IMG/VR virus record: IMGVR_UViG_3300005546_000002
Coordinates: 1-64,000 of that record
Length of the DNA: 64,000 bases
From: a virus
Lineage: Duplodnaviria > Caudoviricetes
Reading direction: 5' to 3' (one strand)
A model generated the notes under the pieces. That model made no database searches. It saw nothing but the letters and a program-made list of their open reading frames with translations, and was not told the origin of the DNA. This document shows, one piece after another, positions 20,343 through 28,933 of this stretch. Position 1 is the first letter of the stretch, and each line of letters opens with the position of its first letter. The translations under genes were made by a program, and so were the position numbers.

Positions 20343-21512
20343 TCAGAAAGCTATCTTCATAAGCTTACCAGAGGCCCGGTCCAGTGCGTTCCGTTGATCC
20401 GCGTAAGCTGTTTCCTGCGACAACCGCGTGAGCCCGTTCACCATCCCGTAAACCGTTCTTGGGCTCCCATCGGTATCACAGTGTTGTTCAGCAAGCTCGT
20501 ATGCTTGCGTTACCCGGCGCTTGGACAACTCCGGGATTTTGGTTTTGACGACCATATCAATCACGGCCTCTTTGCTTGTTCCAAGCTGTTTCTTGCGGGC
20601 CGCGTTGATTTGATTCTGCTCTTCGGCGGCGCTCGCTATCGCATACTGCTTGAGCTTCGCCGGAGCCTCTTGCTCCATTACTCTCCGCACGTCGCCGGTA
20701 TGTCGAATCTTCACTTCCAGCAGATCAGTAACGCCCCAACAAATGTGGTTCCCGCATGTGTGCCGCATCTTAAATCCGGTAAACCACACCGAGCAATCAC
20801 CAACTTCCGACCCGCGCAAGAAGAATCCCCTGATCAACCCGCCCGGACTCCCGTCGTCGATCACGACATCCTCGTTGATCATGAACGCAAACATATCGTG
20901 ATCGCTGGCGTACAGCCCTGCCGGAGCAATCATATCCCCGACCTGAACGGACAACCCAAAGCTCGACCCTCTATCTCTCAACACATCCTCTTCGGTTGCT
21001 ACCCGCGTCCCCGGCTGATTCGCATGAGCCGGACGCGCAGGCGGAACCCTCCACCCCTGTTCATCCCGGAGTCGCATCAGAAACGTTATCATCTCGTGAT
21101 TCCAGACCCTCTGATAGACTTCCGTGGTCAGAGCCCGGAGAATCAACTGTCCGTTCTCATGGAACAACAGGTTAGCCCGGTGTCCGTCGCTACCCCGCTT
21201 CGCCAGTCCGTGATTCAAGTTCTGCGCGGCCAACGTTGTTGGTAACTCCCGGAGATAAGCAGCCGGAGCCTTTACTCGCTCGCTCAACTGCCCGAAAGCG
21301 TAATGAGTCAGCCGCGCCGGAATTCCTTCCCGACCGACCAACTGAATATCCTGTCCGACCGCTTCGACCCGAAGCGTCTGAAACGATACCTCTGCCTCGC
21401 GAGCCCGTTCAGCATAAGCAGCCGTCGCTGCATACATTTCTTCAAGACTCGCAAATCGCTCATCCGAGGGGCGAGTAGCCCACTGATGAGAAGCCTGATA
21501 TAGATTCACCAT
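20343..21512 (-). CDS. DUF932-family phage/plasmid protein
   Basis: WATRPSDERF, GLYASDHDMFAF, RGFF...SEVG, CGNH..WG, IRH, NGLTRLSQ; SD GAGGGAG before ATG 21512. Confidence 0.7.
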   Translation of the reverse strand: MVNLYQASHQWATRPSDERFASLEEMYAATAAYAERAREAEVSFQTLRVEAVGQDIQLVGREGIPARLTHYAFGQLSERVKAPAAYLRELPTTLAAQNLNHGLAKRGSDGHRANLLFHENGQLILRALTTEVYQRVWNHEMITFLMRLRDEQGWRVPPARPAHANQPGTRVATEEDVLRDRGSSFGLSVQVGDMIAPAGLYASDHDMFAFMINEDVVIDDGSPGGLIRGFFLRGSEVGDCSVWFTGFKMRHTCGNHICWGVTDLLEVKIRHTGDVRRVMEQEAPAKLKQYAIASAAEEQNQINAARKKQLGTSKEAVIDMVVKTKIPELSKRRVTQAYELAEQHCDTDGSPRTVYGMVNGLTRLSQETAYADQRNALDRASGKLMKIAF

Positions 21513-21524
21513 TGTCTTTTCTCC

Positions 21525-21710
21525 CTCGCGCCCACCGTGGCCGTAGCCTACTGTGGCGACTTGGTTCGAAAACCAGACGCATACAATCAGGAGCAGCGCA
21601 AAGCGTTGTGCTGATCGTCGTCTTTCGATACTTCTTGCGGACGGGCCGAGAATACTATCAGCCTCCGCATTCAAGCACTCTCGGCCCGCTGGACGGACTT
21701 TAGACCCCAT
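21525..21710 (-). ncRNA. Structured 5' leader or ncRNA candidate
   Basis: 15-bp stem 21642-21688 whose G-U pairs are valid only on the minus strand; UGGUU-UUCG-AACCA hairpin 21562-21575; GGC-UACG-GCC hairpin near 21540. Confidence 0.55.
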
Positions 21711-21716
21711 GCCTTT

Positions 21717-21756
21717 ATTATCGCTGAAACCGTTTCTAAAGTCAAGAATTTTTATT
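21717..21756 (-). promoter_or_regulatory. Sigma70-type promoter
   Basis: TTGACT (21740-21745), 17 bp, GATAAT (21717-21722); palindrome copy just upstream at 21761. Confidence 0.75.
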
Positions 21757-22062
21757 TACCGTCACGTTGACGTGACTTTTCCACGGTACGACCGGGCGGA
21801 CGCTTTTACGCGCCTCTTCGCTCCACTTCTCATCCTGCGCCTCGCGCACCCTCTCCAACTGATCCTCGTCCAAAGACTCTGAACCCTCTCCGGTTACGGA
21901 GCGGGCTTGATATACGATACCCAAGATATCCCCCGCGATCTTTCTGGCGACCGCAGTAACAGCCGCGTTATCAACGTCCGTAAGAGCCGGGAACTCTAGA
22001 AGAAGATTCTCCGCGAAGTTCTGTAGCTGTTTTAGTGCTTCGCCGTCTGTAAGCATAGTCAT
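21742..22062 (-). CDS. Hypothetical protein
   Basis: Coupled to the upstream gene; its 3' end contains the repeat (SHVNVT). Confidence 0.55.
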   Translation of the reverse strand: MTMLTDGEALKQLQNFAENLLLEFPALTDVDNAAVTAVARKIAGDILGIVYQARSVTGEGSESLDEDQLERVREAQDEKWSEEARKSVRPVVPWKSHVNVTVNKNS

Positions 22063-22607
22063 ACCTCTGACTCTACGCGACTCAAAACCGCCTTCAATGC
22101 AGCGCGACAGATTGCTAGCGGCATCGAGCCCTCCAAGTGTCCGCTACCAACAAAACAATCTTCAAGGTCATCTCGGGACGGCGGATGAACACCAAAACGG
22201 AATGCCGCGACCCTACCAGCGAAACTAGAAAACTCTGGCGTGTCCCAACAGCAAAAGCTGTAACCGTCTTTTCGCAACTTCTCTATTACCTGAAACGCAG
22301 CCACGATATCGGACGAGTAAGGCGGGACGTTACTCGGTTCCTTCCGACCACCATCGTATTCGTGAAAGGGGCCAACGGCATAAGCGGCAGGATAGGATGA
22401 TCCCGAATGACCGATAACGGGCTCGCCAAAGATTCCTTTCTTCTTTTCGTCGTAGTCATGACTATCAAGCGGAAACAGCCAAGCAGACCGATAGGGGTTT
22501 GCACTTGAGCTATCTGTTCGTGATAGCCATCGCCAACCCATCACCCGCTCCGCCACAAGCGCATCAAGCTCTCGACCAATTAGATTGTCCGGTTCTTCCT
22601 TTACCAT
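22059..22607 (-). CDS. Phage ABA-sandwich-domain (BC1872-like) protein
   Basis: GRELDALVAERVMGW...PPYSSDIVAAFQVIEKL...PLAICRAALKA. Confidence 0.75.
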   Translation of the reverse strand: MVKEEPDNLIGRELDALVAERVMGWRWLSRTDSSSANPYRSAWLFPLDSHDYDEKKKGIFGEPVIGHSGSSYPAAYAVGPFHEYDGGRKEPSNVPPYSSDIVAAFQVIEKLRKDGYSFCCWDTPEFSSFAGRVAAFRFGVHPPSRDDLEDCFVGSGHLEGSMPLAICRAALKAVLSRVESEV

Positions 22608-23257
22608 AAGTCAGTCACAGTCCTCGCTTCAGCTTCAACCCTCTCTGGGCAGTCAGCGGTAGTCAGATCGCACCATTTGCATTCCCCGGCGCTCGGTACC
22701 TTGCGGGCCGGAGTAGCCGCTGCCAGACGCTTGATCAGATCGACCGCTTGGGCGATAAACTCCGGGGTTACAGATGCGGTCGGAACATAAATACTCTTGC
22801 CGTTCGGATAATCCACCCACCCGTCAATCACCGCCCCTTTGAATCTCCCGACAGACAAAGGCAGTAACCAGATATAAATCTGAACCTGTACAATATCCAA
22901 GTCCTTTTGCGAACCTGTTTTCGCGTCTCGCACCGTGTAATACAGCTCCGCGTTCTGCCCAACAAGGTCCGGCTTGCCGCCCACCGTCGCGCTTCTCCCG
23001 TCGAACTGAAAGGCGTTCTGATCCTCGGTGTAAACAGCGAGTGCTCCATCGGCTTCCATTCGCGCTCTGATCTCGTTGACGAGCGCCGTATGCTTCGTCT
23101 TCCAGCTAGCGTTATCGAACGTCCGGGGCATCTTCTCGAACCCCTGATAATGCGCCGTAAACCAACGAGCCCATTCGCAGCTTTGATCACCCGACAACAA
23201 GCCGGTCAAATGCGTTACCCAAAGATAAGGAATATTGCGGGGATTCGCGCTCATCAA
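22601..23257 (-). CDS. PD-(D/E)XK nuclease, Cas4-like
   Basis: GKPDLV, DAKTG, QVQIY, C-terminal CKWC......C. Confidence 0.8.
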   Translation of the reverse strand: MMSANPRNIPYLWVTHLTGLLSGDQSCEWARWFTAHYQGFEKMPRTFDNASWKTKHTALVNEIRARMEADGALAVYTEDQNAFQFDGRSATVGGKPDLVGQNAELYYTVRDAKTGSQKDLDIVQVQIYIWLLPLSVGRFKGAVIDGWVDYPNGKSIYVPTASVTPEFIAQAVDLIKRLAAATPARKVPSAGECKWCDLTTADCPERVEAEARTVTDLW

Positions 23258-23946
23258 TCTATCCTCAACAGCGCTTCCATTTCATCGATTTCGGCTTGGG
23301 TTAGATTCGGGTTGGACATCAACTCTCCAATCCTTAGCCTATAAGACTCGTCTCGATTCTGCCAGTCTTCCAACAGCACCAGAGCCTCGCTCGGAGGACA
23401 GAAGTAGCCTTTGCCGCCGTACTTAATACAGCGCAGCATCCCGCTAATCGGACAAGCAACGTGCTTGATCCGCAACCGCTTCGCCTGTTCGTCTTTCAGG
23501 AAATCTATATCAACCAATACCTGCGAGCCGGTCAGGATAACCGCCCGGCTGATCGAGAAGTCAAACTGCGAAATAATCTCTAGCGGCTTGCCGCACAACA
23601 CGCTCGGCCTAATCAACTGAATCGAAGATATATCACGATAGAGCCCTTCCGCGTCTTCGTTTTTCAGCGTCAGACACATCGGGTTATTACGGACCTGCTT
23701 ATAGCCCGCCATCTGAAGCACCCCGAGCGTGTGATCAAATCCTGATTCGTGCTCAAAGAAGAAATCCAGATCGCTCGCCGGAACCGGCTTATCATTCGGC
23801 GACGCCACGTACCGCGCATACCCCCCGGCTATAGAAGCGCCATTCTGAGTTGCTAGCTCCGCTAGTACCGCGACGGCCTCATGCTCCCTGCGAACCTCTG
23901 TGATTGTAAATCCTTGGCTTTCTAGTTCCACTAACAGATAACTCAT
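23254..23946 (-). CDS. Pol-beta-superfamily nucleotidyltransferase
   Basis: IAGGYAR...SDLDFFF (GG..DxD), FDFSI. Confidence 0.75.
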   Translation of the reverse strand: MSYLLVELESQGFTITEVRREHEAVAVLAELATQNGASIAGGYARYVASPNDKPVPASDLDFFFEHESGFDHTLGVLQMAGYKQVRNNPMCLTLKNEDAEGLYRDISSIQLIRPSVLCGKPLEIISQFDFSISRAVILTGSQVLVDIDFLKDEQAKRLRIKHVACPISGMLRCIKYGGKGYFCPPSEALVLLEDWQNRDESYRLRIGELMSNPNLTQAEIDEMEALLRID

Positions 23947-23966
23947 AGCATGTCCCTTCAACCTAG

Positions 23967-25034
23967 TTACGTTGACGCGACTTCCGGTCCGATCTTTTCA
24001 ATCTTCAAGTAGAATTTCCCTTTCGGGTCTGTTCTCGTATAAGACGCCTTGATCTCTCGCCACTCGGCTTCCAGTTCGGGAGTCAACACCACGCTCGACT
24101 GCTTGCCCCACTTGCCCCTAACCAGATAGTTTCCAGCCAGCGCCATCTCAACGCCCCTCAGTCTCTTCTTCAAATCCGCGTCAAGCTTCTCGAACTCATC
24201 GAGCCCGCAGGCTTCCAGAATCGTTCGCAGCTCTCCGAATCGCTCGATATCCTGCAACGTCTGTTCGTCTTGGATTACCCCAACCTGTTCCTGCGAACCT
24301 ATCGGCGGGTTACAGACCGCACCGAAGAACGGACAACGGCGACATTCAGCGGGATCATCGTAAAAGTCCGGGATATCCCCGCCGTCTCGAACATAAGCAA
24401 CTGCTTCTTCTGACTGCTTCCAGAACGCCTCCGCTTTGTCTAGGTGCGTTTCTAGATCAACAGGCAGCGGTAACGGCAGGCCCGGTCGGTCGAGCAATAG
24501 AAAACCAAGAGGCTCCTTCATTCCAAGCATATACATCAACAACTGATATCCGCCTGAGCGAGTCCAGTAGCCATCTAACACGTCATCAAACGCGTGAATC
24601 TTCGCCGTCAACATCGGCGACCACGACTTTGCTTCAATCGGATAGGCATGTCCGTTGTGATCGCCTGAAAACCTGATCCGAGCATCGACCTTGCCGGACA
24701 CAACCTTGCGCCCGAGCCGATCCTTGAGCGTAAACGCCTCCTGCCCGCCTACTACCTCGAATTCCGGTTGTACCAATCGACCGACTCGCGCTAGGTCGGT
24801 CATCATATCCCGCTCTCGGTCCTTGCCGCGCTTGAACCGGGCCAGCGTATCAGAGTCAAACTCCGGTAATATAGCGGACTCTGTCATGTCGTAGACAAGC
24901 CGCCTCGTGCACGGCTTCCATTGACTTGCATAGATATAATCACGGTCTGTCGCCGAATGCCGGTCAAGAGCGACGTATTCAGCCCAGCCGTTAGTAATCA
25001 GATTCGCAATCTCTTCTTTAGTCATTTGAGGCAA
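23967..25034 (-). CDS. Cas4-like PD-(D/E)XK exonuclease
   Basis: YAS...PC.R, GKVDAR, IEAKS, YQLLMY, CRRCPFFGAVC. Confidence 0.8.
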   Translation of the reverse strand: MPQMTKEEIANLITNGWAEYVALDRHSATDRDYIYASQWKPCTRRLVYDMTESAILPEFDSDTLARFKRGKDRERDMMTDLARVGRLVQPEFEVVGGQEAFTLKDRLGRKVVSGKVDARIRFSGDHNGHAYPIEAKSWSPMLTAKIHAFDDVLDGYWTRSGGYQLLMYMLGMKEPLGFLLLDRPGLPLPLPVDLETHLDKAEAFWKQSEEAVAYVRDGGDIPDFYDDPAECRRCPFFGAVCNPPIGSQEQVGVIQDEQTLQDIERFGELRTILEACGLDEFEKLDADLKKRLRGVEMALAGNYLVRGKWGKQSSVVLTPELEAEWREIKASYTRTDPKGKFYLKIEKIGPEVAST

Positions 25035-25252
25035 GCCTTATGTCAGCAACCACGCAGGAGTAAACTTGATCGACTTTTTCACGGGAGGCCATGCGATAGA
25101 TCGGCCTAACGCTGAAATTGATGCCGTACACAACCATGCGCGTCTCATTGCTGAACTCAATCAACAACTCTCGAATCGTCTTTTCAAGGGCATCCTTCCT
25201 CGCGTTAATCTCTTCAATGTCCATATTTTTTGCTATCCCTAAAAGATGGGAA

Positions 25253-26059
25253 TTATATATTTAAGTGCTCCTGTTCATAGCTCTCAGTAGGTTGCAGGCA
25301 GTACGGGCCGCACTCAATATCGCCATCCGGTTCGCCGAAGTTACGAGCGAGGTCTAGCTCATCAAGGAATATGCGAATGCCATCAACGCGGACTAATCGA
25401 GCGCCAATCGCACGACTTTGGATACAGCGCCGTTTGAATACCTCTGGAAAGAATCGTGCGACCCGTTGCCAGTACGAAGGCGAACTCGCCTTCACGCAGC
25501 CCAGTCAGTTGTTGTGCTCAAAGCCGAGCGCATACATTTCCGGCCTCGGAATTCCCGCCTGGCGGAGAATGCGCGCACAGTCTGATTTGCGGATGAAGTT
25601 ATCCCGGAGAATCCATTCAAGCCGCAACTCCGGGTTGTTGTTTTGGAAATCGTTGAATCGTTTCGGCTCATCAGCAGTGAATCCGAAAATATGTATATCG
25701 TTAGAACGCTGGAAGAAATTCCGAGGCACCTTTTTCATTTCAACTGTACAGCGCGCCCCTTTGACTCCGATCATATATCGCGTGCGCTCAAAAACCTCAT
25801 CAACCGAATCGTATTCAGTCGAGCGAATGACGGTTATTGCCTTGCCTGTCCAGTTCTGCACGTCTCGAAAGAACCGTCTATTATCTGGGTGCTCCGTGTT
25901 CATTGTGTCGCAGTACACGAGTTCGGATTCCATCGGGTATTTCTGGACAGCTAAATATCCCGCGACCGCAGACGCTTCACCGCAGGAAAACCAAACAATC
26001 ACCCGTTGGTTTATCGGGTTCGCCTTACCTTCAAATCGCCAAGGTCTATCAGGGTTCAT
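25253..26059 (-). CDS. PAPS-reductase-family protein with in-frame UGA (codon 185); candidate selenoprotein, 268 aa
   Basis: VWFSCGEASA PP-loop-like motif, EHPDN.RF, ARCT..MKK; ORFs 25505..26059 and 25253..25495 are in the same frame and read GFEHNN-TGA-LGCVKASSPSYW. Confidence 0.75.
25476..25493 (-). promoter_or_regulatory. Bacterial SECIS-like hairpin
   Basis: GAAGGCG-AGUU-CGCCUUC starts 11 nt after the UGA (25505-25507); GU at loop positions 2-3. Confidence 0.55.
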
Positions 26060-26117
26060 CGTTTTTTGCCTTCTTACTCGACGGAGCAGTCAAGTATATA
26101 ATTCCCTAAAAGATAAG

Positions 26118-27473
26118 TCACATTGACGTGACGGTTAAACTTTCTTCGTCGGTAACACGCGAAACGATCATCTGAAATCCTTGGCGCTCCGCGACCGCTT
26201 TGAGCGTCTCTAGATGACCTGCGTCCAGTCGCTCTCCCCCATCCATTACCAGACATTGAAGCTCTCGCGGGCGCAACAGCGCTACCTCGACGGCTACGGA
26301 GAGAATTTGTTCTGCTGTGTTCACCGCGCCCAGAGGTATCCCGTCGATGTAGATTTTGCCTTCCGCGATCTCAAGCCCGCTGATAGGAATCTCCGAAGCC
26401 AGTTTCGCTTTCAACGTTTCGAGCCCGGCTAGAGCCCTCTCGCTTTCTTCTACCAACAAGGCAAGCCGCTCTGCTTCCGTTTGCAGCCCTTCAATTACCC
26501 GCTTCGTACCCTCTGCCCGGTTAATAGCCTCGCTCTGAGCCTTCAACTCGCCCTGCCTCGCAGACAGCGTTTCCAACTTCGGTCTGTGCTGCGAATCGAA
26601 TTCCTCCAATGCTGTTCTTGCCGTAGAGCGAGCCGCTTCGACAGCATCATCGCGCGTCATCAGCGCATCGAAGGTAAGCTGACCCGCCTGCTTCCTAAGC
26701 CTATCTATCTCAGCTTCCAGCTCGCTCACTATCGTAGCACAAGTTTTCTCGTAACGATTTTGAGCGCTCGTTACTTCCTCGCCTAGCATTGTATCTATGT
26801 CGATCTTAACTCTCGTCTTCGCAAGGTCTAATGCGGCCAGTTCCTCGTCAATCCGAGCAAGTTCCGGTCGCACGTCTTCCAGTTCGGGTAATCCGCTTGA
26901 AAGCTGCTCGATAGTAGTCCGCTTTGCTTTCAGGTCTCGGCTCTGATCCCTGCGGGCTCCGTAGTAGAACTTCCGTAGCCGCTCCAACACCGCGAGCCCG
27001 TGGCCGTTCAAAGACTCGCCCTTTGGAAGCTCTACACCAACCTGCTGTAACTCTTCCGCTCCGATCTTAACAGGCAGACTCTCCATGAGAATCTCGACCC
27101 GACGCGCCTCCGTCCCTTGAAGGAACTCTCCAATCGGATCATAGCTAACCAAATCAACCATCTCATCTATCACAGACTGGGGCGCTGATATTTTCCGACC
27201 CTTTTCGTCCTTCACGACCCGTTCCGACTTGCTCGGTTTCACCGTCAAGGTAACGGTCGCTCCGTCGTCCAACGTAGCCTTAACAGAACCGCTCTCCGCG
27301 CCTTTTCGGATCAATCCCGGATCGTGACCACCGCTCACCAGCGCTTGCAACCCAGCTATCACCGACGACTTCCCTTGCGCGTTCCGTCCGCTGATTACCG
27401 TAAACGTCCCCGGCTCGATAACCAGACTTTCGATGCCCCGGATATTCGATATCTCAATCTTTGTTATCTTCAT
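26118..27473 (-). CDS. SbcC/Rad50-like ABC ATPase with coiled coil
   Basis: MKITKIEISNIRGI...GRNAQGKSS, long coiled coil, LVMDGGERLD Walker B region; start moved to 27473. Confidence 0.85.
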   Translation of the reverse strand: MKITKIEISNIRGIESLVIEPGTFTVISGRNAQGKSSVIAGLQALVSGGHDPGLIRKGAESGSVKATLDDGATVTLTVKPSKSERVVKDEKGRKISAPQSVIDEMVDLVSYDPIGEFLQGTEARRVEILMESLPVKIGAEELQQVGVELPKGESLNGHGLAVLERLRKFYYGARRDQSRDLKAKRTTIEQLSSGLPELEDVRPELARIDEELAALDLAKTRVKIDIDTMLGEEVTSAQNRYEKTCATIVSELEAEIDRLRKQAGQLTFDALMTRDDAVEAARSTARTALEEFDSQHRPKLETLSARQGELKAQSEAINRAEGTKRVIEGLQTEAERLALLVEESERALAGLETLKAKLASEIPISGLEIAEGKIYIDGIPLGAVNTAEQILSVAVEVALLRPRELQCLVMDGGERLDAGHLETLKAVAERQGFQMIVSRVTDEESLTVTSM

Positions 27474-27475
27474 TA

Positions 27476-28213
27476 TTAGAACATCCCCGCTTCCGGCTTG
27501 TAACACGGAATCTGATTCGCCTTTCTCCAATAGAACTTTTCGTCCGCTCTCATTAACAACAGATGCGCCAGTACATCGTCTGTCGGCACCATCGCCCCCG
27601 CCCAAGAACCCTCGTAGTAGCCAATAGGATGCAGACAGAGAGCACATAAGAATCTTACTTGAGACTCTACTAGCTCTCGCTTACCCCAATCCCATGTTTT
27701 TCCGGTCATCGAGCAAGCCGCTGTCGGGCGGAGCCTGCGGAAAATGTAACAGACCCCACTATGCTTACTCGTCTCGATAAACATCCCGGTCAGGCAATAG
27801 GCTGCGAATAGATGCTCCGGGATCAGCCCTTGCAGCTTGTCCATCGCCCTAACCTCTGCGTCGAAATCCCACGTAGCCGCCGCTCGAAACGTGTCAAACA
27901 TCGAAGTCGCCGCTCGGTTCTCTCTAGGACCGATTGCAGCATGATACTGACCGTCCTTGTCCTGCACGGACCCGACATCCGCATGATACTTCGTGCTATA
28001 CCACGAATTCACAACCCGGTCTGATTGCGGCTCCAATTGCCTCTTGAATATATCAGCAAACGGATATCCCCGAGCTATCACCATGCTCATACCATCCACA
28101 GGAACCGGACAGCCCGCCCATTCTCCGCGCTGGAAAGCTGCGCGGTTCACCGCCTGCCGGAAGGCCGCGTTCTGCGCGGAAGTCTGTTTTGCTTTGTCCC
28201 GCTTCTGCTTCAA
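27476..28213 (-). CDS. Hypothetical phage protein
   Basis: 245-aa ORF tightly packed between neighbours. Confidence 0.65.
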   Translation of the reverse strand: MKQKRDKAKQTSAQNAAFRQAVNRAAFQRGEWAGCPVPVDGMSMVIARGYPFADIFKRQLEPQSDRVVNSWYSTKYHADVGSVQDKDGQYHAAIGPRENRAATSMFDTFRAAATWDFDAEVRAMDKLQGLIPEHLFAAYCLTGMFIETSKHSGVCYIFRRLRPTAACSMTGKTWDWGKRELVESQVRFLCALCLHPIGYYEGSWAGAMVPTDDVLAHLLLMRADEKFYWRKANQIPCYKPEAGMF

Positions 28214-28215
28214 CT

Positions 28216-28539
28216 TTAGCCTCCGGCGCTCCGGCCAACAGCCGTTACGCGGGCTTTATGCATCTTGACCCGCTTCTCGCGGACCTTAGACGTTCCCGGC
28301 TCGCCTTCTTCATCGTCGTCGTCGCCAAGGTCCGCGATGACATATTCAGACGTCGCTTCATCGAACGCTTTCGCTCGCTGAAACTTGCCGTCAGAGTCTT
28401 GAACGAGCAGGGCATATCCCCGACGAATCATGTCTTTGATGATTCGCTTGGCTCGTATCGCTTCGGCTGCGTCTTCTTTGTCGAATGTAATCTTCACGTC
28501 ACCAGCTCCCACGTTCAAGATTTCGAGACTTCCTCTCAT
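28216..28539 (-). CDS. Hypothetical protein
   Basis: Coupled ORF ending in RSAGG. Confidence 0.6.
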   Translation of the reverse strand: MRGSLEILNVGAGDVKITFDKEDAAEAIRAKRIIKDMIRRGYALLVQDSDGKFQRAKAFDEATSEYVIADLGDDDDEEGEPGTSKVREKRVKMHKARVTAVGRSAGG

Positions 28540-28925
28540 ACGTTTGCTCCGTAAGGAAAGCTTATATCGTCTTTCGGCTCCGTCACGTCAACGTGACTTT
28601 CTCGCTCAAGCTGTTCATCGCGCTCCCGCTCTTTGTCGCTTCTGGTATCAACTTCCTGTTTCCAGTGACAGGGGTCGCAGAGCAGTTCATAGCATTCGGG
28701 ATGGCGCTTGATATCGTAATAGCGCTGGGTCTGTCCCCGACCCCGACCCCTTAGTCCCGTAGGTGCGATATGCGCGAATTCCAGACCGTTCCGTTTCTTG
28801 CATGGAATTCTATCTCCATGACAGCCTTCTCGCTTACATTCGCAAAAGTCGCCGCGTTCTTTACGCAGGTCCGCGACTCGCTGATAGTAAATCCGAGGCT
28901 TCTTTGTTTTCTCCGAGCGCTTCAA
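28536..28925 (-). CDS. HNH-like zinc-binding protein
   Basis: CEC...LEFAHI...LLCDPCH. Confidence 0.6.
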   Translation of the reverse strand: MKRSEKTKKPRIYYQRVADLRKERGDFCECKREGCHGDRIPCKKRNGLEFAHIAPTGLRGRGRGQTQRYYDIKRHPECYELLCDPCHWKQEVDTRSDKERERDEQLERESHVDVTEPKDDISFPYGANV

Positions 28926-28933
28926 AGAAGCCT

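Noticed and set aside
20394-21245. Long plus-strand ORFs antisense to real genes (also 565..1179, 1221..1853, 25371..26126, 36712..37386)
   Set aside because: Shadow ORFs opposite motif-bearing minus-strand genes, with no SD or recognisable motifs
21540-21600. tRNA suggested by GGTTCGAA (similar GGTTCGA at 34634)
   Set aside because: No cloverleaf, D-arm or acceptor stem can be built around either site
22601-25034. Cas4-like genes as part of a CRISPR-Cas system
   Set aside because: No array or other cas genes; stand-alone Cas4-like nucleases are common in phage recombination modules
25505-25507. Genome-wide UGA reassignment
   Set aside because: Many genes end in TGA with ATGA start overlaps (for example 19137-19140 and 16717-16720), and other conserved genes are uninterrupted
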